Origin: a virus
Taxonomy: Duplodnaviria > Caudoviricetes
Virus record (IMG/VR): IMGVR_UViG_2974673715_000001
Coordinates: 1-64,000 of that record
Reading direction: 5' to 3' (one strand)
DNA length: 64,000 nucleotides
The notes under the pieces were generated by a model. The model saw only the letters and a list, made by a program, of their open reading frames with translations, searched no databases and was not told where the DNA came from. The position numbers and the translations under genes were made by a program. Below, piece by piece: positions 29,401 through 38,773 of the stretch. Each line of letters begins with the position of its first letter. Position 1 is the first letter of the stretch.

Positions 29401-30460
29401 ACAAGATAACTCTGGAGTGGTTGCACCAATCAACGTAGAGTTTAGACGACACTCAATCATGCGTTCTGGTAACCATACCTTTGAATATCTTGGTTTTGGT
29501 CCAGGTAACTACTCAACTGCGTTCCCTCAAACTCAGGTAGAAACATTATCACCTGAGCAGATCCGATTCTCACAGTCTATTAAAGAAGAAGGAGGAGTTG
29601 CATTCTACTCTGGTTTAAACAGTAATGGTGATTTATTCATTGGTAACCAGGTGATTAACCCTGTTACGGGTCAGATCACTAACGAAGATATTGCACAGTT
29701 GAATGTTGTTGGTGAAGAGAACACAACCATTGAAACGTTCTCTGAATTAGTATTGACTGATAAACTGACTGTTATTGGTGGTGCATCTAACGCACTTGAA
29801 TCAATCTTTGCAGGTCCTGTCACATTCCAAGGTCAATCTACATTTACAAACAACATAACCGCTAAGAAATTTACCTATAATAACCAAGATGGTACAGTTA
29901 TTAAACAAACCTTACTAGCACCAGAAAATGCAAGTGGACTCCCCGATTTTAGTAATATCACAGGATACGATACGCCTGGTGATGGTGATATTGTTTACAA
30001 CATCAATTGGTCACCTGGTAAGTCTCTTGGTTGGATTTATTACGGAGCTGCGTGGTATGAGTTTGGTATCACGGATACTGGTCAAATCAATGTTATTAAT
30101 GACTCTGGTGTCACGAGGATTGGTCTTGGTGTTGCTCCTACGTCTCCTTACAGGGCAAACATCAACGGTTCAGTAAGGATTGATGGAGACTTAGTTGTTA
30201 CTGGAACTGGTGGTGTAACAGCTGCCAAATATAAAAAGAAACAATACACAGGAGACGGTAACCAATTAACTTTCGCTGTTAGCACATACACTGGTGGCAT
30301 TCAACACACTGAGAACTCTTTAATAGTATTCTTAAATGGTGTTGCACAAATTCCAGGCACTAACTACACTGTTGATTCAAATGGTGCAAACGTGGTGTTC
30401 AGTGGTGGAGACGCACCTCTTTCAACAGATATTGTGCATATTCTCGAATTACCTATCTAA
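26498..30460 (+). CDS. Large tail-fibre / beta-helix structural protein
   Basis: MSLTRL.N, RPFKSLQRA, KSMVVAQFTG.SLQKDD, SGHTFEYLG.GPGNYSTA.P-like motifs. Confidence 0.75.
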   Translation: MSLTRLKNIITSRTGRIIYVNPDDFDASDAIDNRGNSALRPFKSLQRAFLEVARFSYRVGLSNDEFDAFSIMLYPAEYIVDNRPGDVLYTNVAPIDANSNLDLTSPNNVLYKYNSVEGGIIVPRGCSLVGTDLRRTKIIPKYVPYPTTYAAKGINTEDQVPPRTAIFKVTGGTYFWQFSFFDGAEEGVYFKPDSTETLAPKFSHHRLTCFEFADGLNPLSTLISQGTVPSADYSAVSNILQRTDLEIYYQKVSKAFATIPDTSGDPATDQIQARVEENRIVGPISDEYRVLQITRNGQTATAVTVDEFDNPRDHGFSVGVNINVSGVTGSTGSQSDLDAGVYNGSFTVTSASGNVFTYQMQSVPSGNAVGSNITVKTEIDTVDSASPYAFNLSLRSVWGMNGMHANGAKATGFKSMVVAQFTGLSLQKDDRAFVRYNASTGNYDVATAGDGAHLDGFAEYRKGWGHEHIKCSNDSFIQAVSVFAVGYQGHFTALSGGDMSITNSNSNFGNTALRSAGFKAKAFSKDKAGTITHIIPPKALNTISTTATGTNGSLNITLANDGSVNGLIQGMTVSGTNIATGAIVSSINTNTRVITLSAANTGTVNGNVIFGEETSVNWVNIDIQRTKVINTALSGQGGTPGTRLYLYGYTVEASPPTSRVQGFTVGARQDGTGNSAIADKINCLLVAQGASSATVQSASISPYGPSVSGLAAGVTGSPLQYDSNTYTINGVAGSVGGWYLSVSSTNNSIYEALANNTQYNTVSFTPTTFLKRIPDPRDLQDRTYRVRYVIDKDKTNPLPRDPISGFVLQPLNSDTTTYNLQRAFYIYDIETVQKFERGVSDGIYYLTLLCGSIAPTTSNFDDRKFSQNVNEVYPTFDRDNPVADPPAAVSEASNVTIGLVNSTDGATPTAALDPQRSITKEAIIFLLTDTGWQNPGSTPAYDSVNGRLAGIELTARAGDEETRKINIRQDNSGVVAPINVEFRRHSIMRSGNHTFEYLGFGPGNYSTAFPQTQVETLSPEQIRFSQSIKEEGGVAFYSGLNSNGDLFIGNQVINPVTGQITNEDIAQLNVVGEENTTIETFSELVLTDKLTVIGGASNALESIFAGPVTFQGQSTFTNNITAKKFTYNNQDGTVIKQTLLAPENASGLPDFSNITGYDTPGDGDIVYNINWSPGKSLGWIYYGAAWYEFGITDTGQINVINDSGVTRIGLGVAPTSPYRANINGSVRIDGDLVVTGTGGVTAAKYKKKQYTGDGNQLTFAVSTYTGGIQHTENSLIVFLNGVAQIPGTNYTVDSNGANVVFSGGDAPLSTDIVHILELPI

Positions 30461-30485
30461 ATAACAAGGAGGGTCGCAACAGAAC

Positions 30486-30902
30486 ATGGCTATTACAAGA
30501 ATTAGTGGAAATCAAATTTCCGACAGCACAAGTGCAATCATCACTACATTAAGTTTCTTAAGCACTAACTCAGTGTTTAGATTACCTGCAGGTTCAACTG
30601 CAAACAGACCTACAGGTGTATCTGTTGGAACTTTACGTTTTAATACTTCATTAGATTCTGCAGAAATCTATAAGGCAGATGATGGAACTGGATCCGCAGG
30701 GTGGTCACCTGTTGCAGGTGGTGGTCCTTCTCTTGGAACGGACAGTATTATCAGAACTAACCCTACAACTATTTCAGAAAATATTACAGTCGGACCTTCA
30801 GCAGGAAATGAGTTTGCAAACGGAATGAGTGCAGGACCAATAACAATAGGAAATGGTTATACAGTTACAGTAGAGTCAGGTGGGTCATGGAGTGTAGTAT
30901 AA
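30486..30902 (+). CDS. Small fibre-associated structural protein
   Basis: LP.G.TA.RP...G.LRFNT; SAGPITI. Confidence 0.65.
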   Translation: MAITRISGNQISDSTSAIITTLSFLSTNSVFRLPAGSTANRPTGVSVGTLRFNTSLDSAEIYKADDGTGSAGWSPVAGGGPSLGTDSIIRTNPTTISENITVGPSAGNEFANGMSAGPITIGNGYTVTVESGGSWSVV

Positions 30903-31796
30903 ATGAAACTCAACGTTGGGGAAATAAGAGGATTACTAGCAAACAGTTATAATATAACTGTTCCTTCAGAGACTTCAATTAGTTTTGAAACTGGAGCTCA
31001 ATTAACGCATACTACTTTAGGAACCAGTCACATGGTAGTTCCTTATGGCACTACTACAGAGTGGGATAATCAAGTAAGAGTTCATCAAAAAGATTTTTTG
31101 AATGGACAAATGCGATGGAATACAACAGACCAACAACTCCAATTTTATTACAATGGTTGGATGAATATGGTGTCTGGTATTGCTGTAGGAGATATCGGAA
31201 GTCAAACAAACCCTGCAGTAGATGGAAATGCAATATATAGAGCAGGTAAATCAAGTGGTATATATTGGATTCAACCAGAGGGGCAGTCAGCATATCAAAT
31301 GTATGTTAATAATGATGATAATGGAGGTGGTTGGGTATTATGTGTTCATGCAAGGACATCAACCTGTCAAGATCATATGACTACAGGATCAGTCAGAATT
31401 AGCGGAACTACAGGTCCTAGAACAAATAATACATCTACAACTAAGATGGCGGACAGTTGGATTCAAGCATTACGCAATAGTTCCAGTTATACTGGCACTA
31501 CTGCATATTGGATGCACGCATTAGATTTCGGTCCTAAGAACGTTTTTATTTCAAGTGCAGCAACTGTAAATTTGAATAATAGTGCTTCTGAAGATAATCC
31601 TAGAACTAGAATCTCTACTACATATCAAGGGGGTCTCTCTGACAGAGGTCCTAATACAGGAACTAGAGGTTTCGGAGATCACCATACTTCTGGTGGAACA
31701 TATTTTGCATACGGTAGACACCCTGAGTCAGGTAACAACTGTGGATTCAGAGAAGATACTAACGGTGCATCAAACGGATACTTATGGGTAAAGTAA
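30903..31796 (+). CDS. Fibre protein with fibrinogen-like domain, paralog 1
   Basis: SG.YWI.P, MYV..D.NGGGWVL. Confidence 0.7.
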   Translation: MKLNVGEIRGLLANSYNITVPSETSISFETGAQLTHTTLGTSHMVVPYGTTTEWDNQVRVHQKDFLNGQMRWNTTDQQLQFYYNGWMNMVSGIAVGDIGSQTNPAVDGNAIYRAGKSSGIYWIQPEGQSAYQMYVNNDDNGGGWVLCVHARTSTCQDHMTTGSVRISGTTGPRTNNTSTTKMADSWIQALRNSSSYTGTTAYWMHALDFGPKNVFISSAATVNLNNSASEDNPRTRISTTYQGGLSDRGPNTGTRGFGDHHTSGGTYFAYGRHPESGNNCGFREDTNGASNGYLWVK

Positions 31797-31797
31797 A

Positions 31798-32682
31798 ATG
31801 AGTAAAGTAACTCTTGGAGCATTAGGTGGTATTTCCAACACTATTGGACAGGTAACTTTACCTGCAGGAAATACTTTGACAGTTGAAGGAGACATATATC
31901 ATCATCACAATACTGCTGCAATGAAAGTGCCTACAGGTACGACTGCACAGAGACCAAATAGTCCAGCTGCAGGTGCAGTGAGATTTAATACTGATGAAAA
32001 TTACTTAGAGGTTTATACTGGTAGTGCATGGAATAATGTCATTGGTCCTGATGCTGCTGCAACTTCTAATTTAGGAACTCAATCAAACCCTGCTATTAGT
32101 GGTATGGCACTCAAGGCAGAGGGATTACCTTCTGGTCTTTATTGGATTAAACCTAATGGAAGTGTAAATAATTATAAAATGTATGTTGATAATGATCGTA
32201 ATGGTGGTGGTTGGGTTTTAGTTGCACATGTTAGGACATCAACCTGTCAAGATCACATGACTAATAGTGCTGTTCGTATTAGTAATAGTTTAGGTCCTAG
32301 ATTTGGTAACACAAGCACAACTAAAGTTGAAGACTCATGGATGAACGCTATGAGAACTGCATCAACATACTCTGGTAGCACTCGATGGTGGTTGGAAGCA
32401 CATGATTTTGGTAACCCTGCTAAGAATATGTTTGTTGATAGTGCTGCTACTGCAGATTTATCATCAAGTGCTAGTAATCAGAACGCAAGAACACGAGTCT
32501 CTACTACCTATGAAGGTAGTATCTCTGACAGAGGACCTAACACAGGAACTAGAGGTTTAGGTGATCATCATACTTCTGGTGGTACTTATTTTGCTTATGG
32601 TAGACACCCAGAACAAGGTAACAACTGCGGATTTCGTGCAGATAGTTTGGGTGCATCAAACGGATACTTATGGTTAAAATAA
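31798..32682 (+). CDS. Fibre protein with fibrinogen-like domain, paralog 2
   Basis: P.GTTAQRP..G.VRFNT; SGLYWIKP; GGGWVL; same C-terminus as paralog 1. Confidence 0.7.
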   Translation: MSKVTLGALGGISNTIGQVTLPAGNTLTVEGDIYHHHNTAAMKVPTGTTAQRPNSPAAGAVRFNTDENYLEVYTGSAWNNVIGPDAAATSNLGTQSNPAISGMALKAEGLPSGLYWIKPNGSVNNYKMYVDNDRNGGGWVLVAHVRTSTCQDHMTNSAVRISNSLGPRFGNTSTTKVEDSWMNAMRTASTYSGSTRWWLEAHDFGNPAKNMFVDSAATADLSSSASNQNARTRVSTTYEGSISDRGPNTGTRGLGDHHTSGGTYFAYGRHPEQGNNCGFRADSLGASNGYLWLK

Positions 32683-32683
32683 A

Positions 32684-33538
32684 ATGAGCATTTTAAACGT
32701 CGGCGAATTAAATGGATCTACGGAGAACAACCGAGAGATTAGAATGGAGACCAGTAACAACCTTGTTATCACTGGAACTCTTACTCAAAATCGTTTAAGT
32801 AGATTTACATTTCCTATTGGAACGACTGCAGAAAGACCAAGTAGTCCAGCTGCAGGTCATGTAAGGTATAACACAACTTTAGGGTATGCTGAGGTTTACA
32901 ATGGTAGTGCATGGTATAGAGCAAGTTCGGGTGTTCTCGGAACTGTAGGAACTGAGGGAAGTCCCGCAACAAATTCTCAACAACTCGCAGGACTACCTTC
33001 TGGTTTATATTGGTTCCAACCAAGTGGTCAAACAAAATATCAAATGTATGTTGATAACAGTAGATTTGGTGGAGGTTGGGTCTTGATGGCAAGTGTTAGA
33101 ACATCTACATGTCAAGATCATATGGATCAAGGTGCTGTTCGTATTAGTGGTACGACTGGTCCTAGACTAGATAATACATCAACATCTAAGATGGCAGACG
33201 CATGGATCAATGCTTTTGTATCTGGTTCTAACTATACTGGTTCTACTAGATATTGGATGGAAGCAACTGGATTCAATAAAAATGTGTTTATTGATTCTAA
33301 TGCTACTGTAGATTTACTCAGTTCTGCTAGTAATCAGAACGCAAGAACAAGAATATCTAACTCCTATGAAGGAAGTTTAGATGATAGAGGTCCTAACACA
33401 GGAACTAGAGGTTTTGGAGATCACCATACCTCTGGCGGAACGTACTTCGCTTATGGTAGACACCCTGAATCAGGTAACAACTGCGGATTTAGAGAAGACT
33501 CTCTAGGTGCATCTAATGGTTACCTATGGGTAAAATGA
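32684..33538 (+). CDS. Fibre protein with fibrinogen-like domain, paralog 3
   Basis: Same architecture and near-identical C-terminal ~50 aa. Confidence 0.7.
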   Translation: MSILNVGELNGSTENNREIRMETSNNLVITGTLTQNRLSRFTFPIGTTAERPSSPAAGHVRYNTTLGYAEVYNGSAWYRASSGVLGTVGTEGSPATNSQQLAGLPSGLYWFQPSGQTKYQMYVDNSRFGGGWVLMASVRTSTCQDHMDQGAVRISGTTGPRLDNTSTSKMADAWINAFVSGSNYTGSTRYWMEATGFNKNVFIDSNATVDLLSSASNQNARTRISNSYEGSLDDRGPNTGTRGFGDHHTSGGTYFAYGRHPESGNNCGFREDSLGASNGYLWVK

Positions 33539-33567
33539 TAAATAGAAACATACAGAATTTTTAAGAC

Positions 33568-34731
33568 ATGTCTGAAATTAAAGTAGATAAAGTTAAAGGT
33601 AGACAGGCACCCGCAAGTGGTCCTGAAGTCACCTTTGATTCGTCTGGAAACATATCTTTTGCAGGTAATATTTCATCTACTGGTGATGTCACTGCTGATG
33701 ATGTTACAGTCAACTCCTTACTTCTTATTCCCAGATATGCAACGAGTGCTTTACCTGGTAGTGCAACTACAGGAAGTATTGCATGGGATACAGATGATGA
33801 AGTAATTAAAGTTTGGGACGGAACGGAATGGAGAAATGTTGGAAAGGGAGCAGGAATATCAGGTAGTGGTGGATCAGTTTCAACTGCAGGTGGATATACT
33901 ATCCATACATTTACAAGTGGTGGAGCATTAACTATTGATGGAGAAGGAACTGTTGATGTTCTTTTAGTTGGTGGTGGTGCAGGTGGTGGAACTCGTAATG
34001 CTGGTCCTAACTCAGGAGGAACTGACGGAGGTTCTGGTGGAGGAGCAGGTGGTTGGGTTCAAGTAGCAGGTATGCCTCTTACATCTGGAAGTTATCCTGT
34101 TAGTGTTGGTGGCGGTGGTAATGGTTATCAGTCTGGACAAAATCCTGGTCAAAATGGTTCGCCCTCTACATTCAATGGTCTTGTAGCATATGGTGGAGGA
34201 TACGGTGCCTCAGGTCCTGGTAATAGACCTGGTGGTCCTGGCGGATCTGGCGGAGGAGCAGGAGGAGGTGGAGGTTCACCTGGTCAAGGTGGTTCTGCAC
34301 AACAACCTCGTGCACCTGGTCAGTCTGGTTCTAATGGACATGGAAATCCTGGTGGTCCTAATCCTAACCAAGCATGTTACTCTGGTTCTGGTGGAGGAGG
34401 AGCAGGTGGATCTGGTTCGACTGGTGGAAATGGTCGTCAGGCACCTGGTGGAAATGGAAGATCAAGTGTATATTCTGGAAGTAATACAACCTACGCAGGT
34501 GGCGGAGGAGGTGGCGGTGGTCATCCAGGTTCCTGTCGTGGAGGTAACGGAGGTTCTGGTGGCGGTGGTCACGGTGGTGTTGCTCCTAACCGTCCGAATA
34601 ATGGTTATGGTGGTGCAGGTTCACCTGGTCAAGGTGGCGGTGGCGGAGGAGGTGCAGGAAACCCTTGGCCAAATGGGTCAGGTGGTAATGGTGGTAGTGG
34701 TGTTGTTATTGTTAGATACCAGACACCCTAA
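33568..34731 (+). CDS. Glycine-rich tail fibre protein
   Basis: IHTFTSGG, VLLVGGGAGG, GGSGVVIVRY; many Pro-Gly; ATAAATA late promoter at 33538. Confidence 0.75.
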   Translation: MSEIKVDKVKGRQAPASGPEVTFDSSGNISFAGNISSTGDVTADDVTVNSLLLIPRYATSALPGSATTGSIAWDTDDEVIKVWDGTEWRNVGKGAGISGSGGSVSTAGGYTIHTFTSGGALTIDGEGTVDVLLVGGGAGGGTRNAGPNSGGTDGGSGGGAGGWVQVAGMPLTSGSYPVSVGGGGNGYQSGQNPGQNGSPSTFNGLVAYGGGYGASGPGNRPGGPGGSGGGAGGGGGSPGQGGSAQQPRAPGQSGSNGHGNPGGPNPNQACYSGSGGGGAGGSGSTGGNGRQAPGGNGRSSVYSGSNTTYAGGGGGGGGHPGSCRGGNGGSGGGGHGGVAPNRPNNGYGGAGSPGQGGGGGGGAGNPWPNGSGGNGGSGVVIVRYQTP

Positions 34732-36318
34732 TTCTGCAAAGTATATCGCATCAATCTTAGATCGCTTCATAGTTTCAATAGCATCAACAGGAGTTTCAAC
34801 AATACATTCACCCGCAAGGTTAAAAGATGTATTGAACAAGATAGGAACTCCTGTTTTTTCATGGAAACATTTAATTAGTTGATAGTAATGATAATTTTGA
34901 TTGGCAGTCACCGTCTGAACTCTACAAGTGTAGTCAACATGAGTGACACCAGGTATATCATCTGATGTTACATTTACCGCATACATCATATAAGGACTCT
35001 CATCTAATCCTCTCATATCAAAGTAATCATTAGCATATTCTTTCATAACTGTTGCAGCGAAAGGTCTAAACTCCTCACGTCTCTTTACTCGATTGACTAT
35101 TTCTTTTGCTGCACCGTTACGAGGATCAAACAAGATGGATCTATTTCCTAATGCTCTAGGTCCTGCTTCGGATCTACCTTGATAGATTGCAATTATTTTT
35201 CCGTCAGCGATCATATCTGCTACTTCAAATGGTGTTGTAGGTCTAGTGCTTTCCATATACAACCGAGTAAAGTTATCTTGGACAGGTCCGAGATATAAAC
35301 TATTCAATGGTCGTTTTGTTTTATCACCAGTAAGTTCATGGTGAATAAGTTTTGCTGCTCCAATAGACGTACCTGCATCACTTGATACAGGTTCAATGTA
35401 TAAGTTTACATCACTAGGTAACACACTCAAATAGTAATAGTTTGCAACGCAATTCAGAAAAAATCCCCCAGATAAACAAACGTTCTTACACCCTGTTTGT
35501 TCAATTTGATTGAGAATATATTGTGCAACGTGTTCTTGTGTTTGTTTTTGTAAGGTGAAAGCAAAATCTGCTTTTGAATTAAAATCACCAAGCAAAAAAT
35601 TTAATCCTGTATCATGTAAATCTTTACCGATATAAAATAATTGATTGTCAATTAATCCATTATCATATATTGATATAGGTAGTTCCTCTCCATAAGATGC
35701 TAAACCCATAACTTTACCTGCATCTAGTTCATGAAACCCAAATGCCATTGATGTCTTTTGAAATGCCATACCCTCACCAAGATTGTTAGAGATATGAGTC
35801 ACACCAAATTTATGATTAGATTCAAAGGGAACAGCAACGTGTCTATCTACAACGGTAAAATCAGCAGGATATGTTGCCCAAAAGGTCGTAGATAATTCTC
35901 TACCATAAGTGCCTGATTGAAACATATCTCCTACTAGAGGTACGTCAGATCCCATTCCGTCTTTTACAATACAGATTGCTTCATCAAATCCTGAGTTGTA
36001 AAAAGCGTGTGCTGCATGAAGTTTATGATGTGATAGTGATAGGTCATGAACCTCAGTGTCATACTTATTTTCTTTCGTCTTTACATATAAACTATATGGG
36101 TCATCATCAATAAAACAGTCAGCAGGTGTCAATTTGCCTACACCTGCAATACAAATATTATCAAGGTTTAAGGTGTCAAGGTCAGTCAAACATTGAAATG
36201 GAAAGGCATCATACTTTCTATTAGATAATCTTTCATTCTCAAGGTGGTAGACAATTTCGCCATTTTGTAGTAAAGTAGTAGAGGAATTATGAACTCTACT
36301 GATACCTAAATTTCTCAT
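34678..36318 (-). CDS. NodU/CmcH-family carbamoyltransferase
   Basis: HNSS, ENERLS..KYD, HH..HAA.AFY.SGF, GKVMGLASYG, SGG..LNCVAN, E.GPRALGNRSIL, FRPFA, NTSFN; start MRNLGIS; TGnTATAAT on - strand near 36345-36353. Confidence 0.93.
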   Translation of the reverse strand: MRNLGISRVHNSSTTLLQNGEIVYHLENERLSNRKYDAFPFQCLTDLDTLNLDNICIAGVGKLTPADCFIDDDPYSLYVKTKENKYDTEVHDLSLSHHKLHAAHAFYNSGFDEAICIVKDGMGSDVPLVGDMFQSGTYGRELSTTFWATYPADFTVVDRHVAVPFESNHKFGVTHISNNLGEGMAFQKTSMAFGFHELDAGKVMGLASYGEELPISIYDNGLIDNQLFYIGKDLHDTGLNFLLGDFNSKADFAFTLQKQTQEHVAQYILNQIEQTGCKNVCLSGGFFLNCVANYYYLSVLPSDVNLYIEPVSSDAGTSIGAAKLIHHELTGDKTKRPLNSLYLGPVQDNFTRLYMESTRPTTPFEVADMIADGKIIAIYQGRSEAGPRALGNRSILFDPRNGAAKEIVNRVKRREEFRPFAATVMKEYANDYFDMRGLDESPYMMYAVNVTSDDIPGVTHVDYTCRVQTVTANQNYHYYQLIKCFHEKTGVPILFNTSFNLAGECIVETPVDAIETMKRSKIDAIYFAELGCLVSNNNNTTTTITT

Positions 36319-36366
36319 AGGATTTCTTGATTCCTGATACATATATTATAACATGATTTTTAAATT

Positions 36367-36924
36367 ATGACATTTAATACAATGTGGTATGAGACCGATA
36401 TTCCAGAGGAATTTGTAAGTCTCATAGAGAGAGAATGCACACCGTATGATGATATAGTTAAGGTAGCGAGTGTAAGAGAAGGAGAGATATTTGCTACAAG
36501 AGATAGTCAAACATCTTGGATTCCTGCAGATAATTGGGTCGGAGGATTCTGTATGTCTTATGTATTGAAGTCAAACAGAGATAACTTTATGTATGATATA
36601 GAGGGTATTGATGGCAATGAAATTCAATATACAGTATATGAGCAAGGTCAGTTTTATAATTGGCATCAAGATGCAGATCATACTGCTGCAGACGAAAATG
36701 GTAAGTTGAGAAAACTGTCATTTATTTTACAACTCTCGTCTCCTGATGACTATCAAGGTGGTAATATTGAAATGAAAAACACTGATGATGATGTATATCT
36801 AGTGCCTAGACGTAGAGGTACATTTATTGTGTTTGATAGTAGAACTGCTCATAGAGTCACAGAGGTTACTGGTGGTATTCGTAAGACTCTGGTAGGGTGG
36901 GTAATTGGACCGAGGTGGCGATGA
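36367..36924 (+). CDS. 2OG-Fe(II) oxygenase
   Basis: QYT.Y..GQFYNWHQD, RKLS, YQGG, FDS...HRV..V..G.R..LVGW..GP. Confidence 0.9.
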   Translation: MTFNTMWYETDIPEEFVSLIERECTPYDDIVKVASVREGEIFATRDSQTSWIPADNWVGGFCMSYVLKSNRDNFMYDIEGIDGNEIQYTVYEQGQFYNWHQDADHTAADENGKLRKLSFILQLSSPDDYQGGNIEMKNTDDDVYLVPRRRGTFIVFDSRTAHRVTEVTGGIRKTLVGWVIGPRWR

Positions 36925-37487
36925 TTCATTACAAAGATTGGAGTCTTATTCAACTGAAGCATTTGGCGATTGCTCCCCTATTAGTTGAAGAACCCCCTCT
37001 TGAACGAGGAAAATTTGGATATGATAAAAATGGCAGAATGGAAAATTTGTCTGAAGAAGGACAAGTTCCAAATAGTCTTGCAAGATATAATCACCCTAAG
37101 TATAAAAAATTATACAAAGGTGTTCAATCAAAAATTGAAACTATCTTAGGGGAAAAGTTATATCCAACATATTACTTTGATAGATTTTATTTCAAGGGTC
37201 AAGAATTAAAGAAACATCATGATAGACCTGCATGTGAAATCAGTGTATCAATGAATATCAGCACTAACGCAACTACACCATGGCCAATATATTTTGAACT
37301 TCCTAACGGAGATGTTAAGGAGCTTTACACAAATCATGGTGATGCTGTATTATATAAGGGTATGGAGTTAGAACATTGGCGAGAACCATTAAAAGGTACG
37401 CCAAAAGTTTACTATCACCAAATTTTCATGCACTTTGTAAGGGCAGACGGATATCACGTCGAATATGCTTATGACACCAAGTGCTAA
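36921..37487 (+). CDS. 2OG-Fe(II) oxygenase
   Basis: R.Y..G..L.KH.DRPACEISVS, GDA.LY.G..LEHWR. Confidence 0.85.
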   Translation: MIHYKDWSLIQLKHLAIAPLLVEEPPLERGKFGYDKNGRMENLSEEGQVPNSLARYNHPKYKKLYKGVQSKIETILGEKLYPTYYFDRFYFKGQELKKHHDRPACEISVSMNISTNATTPWPIYFELPNGDVKELYTNHGDAVLYKGMELEHWREPLKGTPKVYYHQIFMHFVRADGYHVEYAYDTKC

Positions 37488-37520
37488 ATAACTAAAGCAC
37501 AACCTAACTGATTAAGAGGA

Positions 37521-37901
37521 ATGGCACATTACGCTAAGATAAATGATGATAATGTTGTCGAGAGAGTAGAAAAACTTGACGACTTTTATGAATGGACGGA
37601 CACAGGTGAACTCGATGAACAACGTGCGATCACCACTCTGAGAAAGTTTTTTGGAGCAACAACTAATTGGGTGAAGACCTCATACAATGCCAACATTCGT
37701 GGTATGTTTGCAGGTGTTGGAGATATATATCGTCCAGATTTAGATAAGTTTGTATCTGCAAAACCTGCAGGTATGGACTCATGGGTTTTAAATGAGGAAA
37801 CCCTACAGTGGGAACCCCCTATACCAATGCCCCCTGCTAACGAAGATCGTACGTGGGAGTGGAATGAAACAACTAAAACATGGGACGAAGAAAAACAATG
37901 A
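37521..37901 (+). CDS. Conserved fibre-associated hypothetical protein
   Basis: MAHYAKI, W..TSYN..IR..FAG.G, SW.LNE.T..WEPP.P.P; CTAAATA late promoter at 37485. Confidence 0.65.
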   Translation: MAHYAKINDDNVVERVEKLDDFYEWTDTGELDEQRAITTLRKFFGATTNWVKTSYNANIRGMFAGVGDIYRPDLDKFVSAKPAGMDSWVLNEETLQWEPPIPMPPANEDRTWEWNETTKTWDEEKQ

Positions 37902-38242
37902 AAAAACTTTATGAATTGGTCTCTTTTGATGTAGCAATTAATTTATTGAGACCTCGTGCTAAATGGACTCTAGATCATGGCAAGTTTAATTGGAAAGACC
38001 CTAGACCTTGCCCAACTATGGAAGAAGTTGAAGATTGTCTAAACAAAATAAAAGAATTTGAAGAGAGTCTTCCTTATATTCTGTTAACAGAACAACAAGA
38101 AGCAGAAGCAGATACATGTCAAGATCCCGAATTTATCGCTTGGAATTATAAGCACGATCTTGAAGAGAGAGGTGTACATGTAGGAGGAGGAAATGAGCAA
38201 GGAGAAGGGATAGGTGGTAAAGGTGGTGTAGCTCCAGAGTAA
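37898..38242 (+). CDS. Hypothetical protein, XkdW-like N-terminus
   Basis: AI.LLRP.AKW...W.DPRPCPT.EEV. Confidence 0.55.
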   Translation: MKKLYELVSFDVAINLLRPRAKWTLDHGKFNWKDPRPCPTMEEVEDCLNKIKEFEESLPYILLTEQQEAEADTCQDPEFIAWNYKHDLEERGVHVGGGNEQGEGIGGKGGVAPE

Positions 38243-38245
38243 TTT

Positions 38246-38773
38246 ATGAGTGATTATTTTTATCATTACAGATTGAATGACATACAAAAATTCAAATCTG
38301 ATGTTGACAATGCAGTTAATGATTGTGGGTTAGATTGCCTCAACCCTCATATGTTTGATATATCTACCAGTTTACAAGGTAGGCAGTATCATTTGATGGA
38401 AGAGAGAACACTTCCATATCTTAAAGGCATCATAGATCAAGTTAAAGAAATGATTGTAGATGCTGTAGATGCAAAAAATCTCAAGTTAGCATCTGCATGG
38501 ACAGTATATGGGGAAGAAGGAACATATCATACAATGCATCAACACAACACTAACAATGATATTTGTAGTGTGATATACTTAGATGTAGAGGAAGAAATTT
38601 TCCCTGCAAAAAATGGATCTTTTTATTATTTCTTGGACGGAGTAAAACTATTTCCGCCAGGTGTAGGAGACGTTTTGATATTTCCTGCAACTCTTTGGCA
38701 TGGTGCATACCCTCAGAAAACTAAAATGAGACATGTATTAAATCTTGATTTTACACATGAAACAAATTTTTAG
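38246..38773 (+). CDS. Putative 2OG-Fe(II) oxygenase
   Basis: W......G.YH..H.H, SVIYL, GD.LIFP..L.HG.YP. Confidence 0.8.
   Translation: MSDYFYHYRLNDIQKFKSDVDNAVNDCGLDCLNPHMFDISTSLQGRQYHLMEERTLPYLKGIIDQVKEMIVDAVDAKNLKLASAWTVYGEEGTYHTMHQHNTNNDICSVIYLDVEEEIFPAKNGSFYYFLDGVKLFPPGVGDVLIFPATLWHGAYPQKTKMRHVLNLDFTHETNF

Noticed and set aside
30903-33538. Diversity-generating retroelement template/variable repeats
   Set aside because: Differences are mainly synonymous and not adenine-specific; all copies are full genes; no reverse transcriptase in the window
34190-34882. 230-aa alternative-frame ORF (Val/Glu-rich)
   Set aside because: Shadow frame of GGT/GGA glycine codons in the fibre gene
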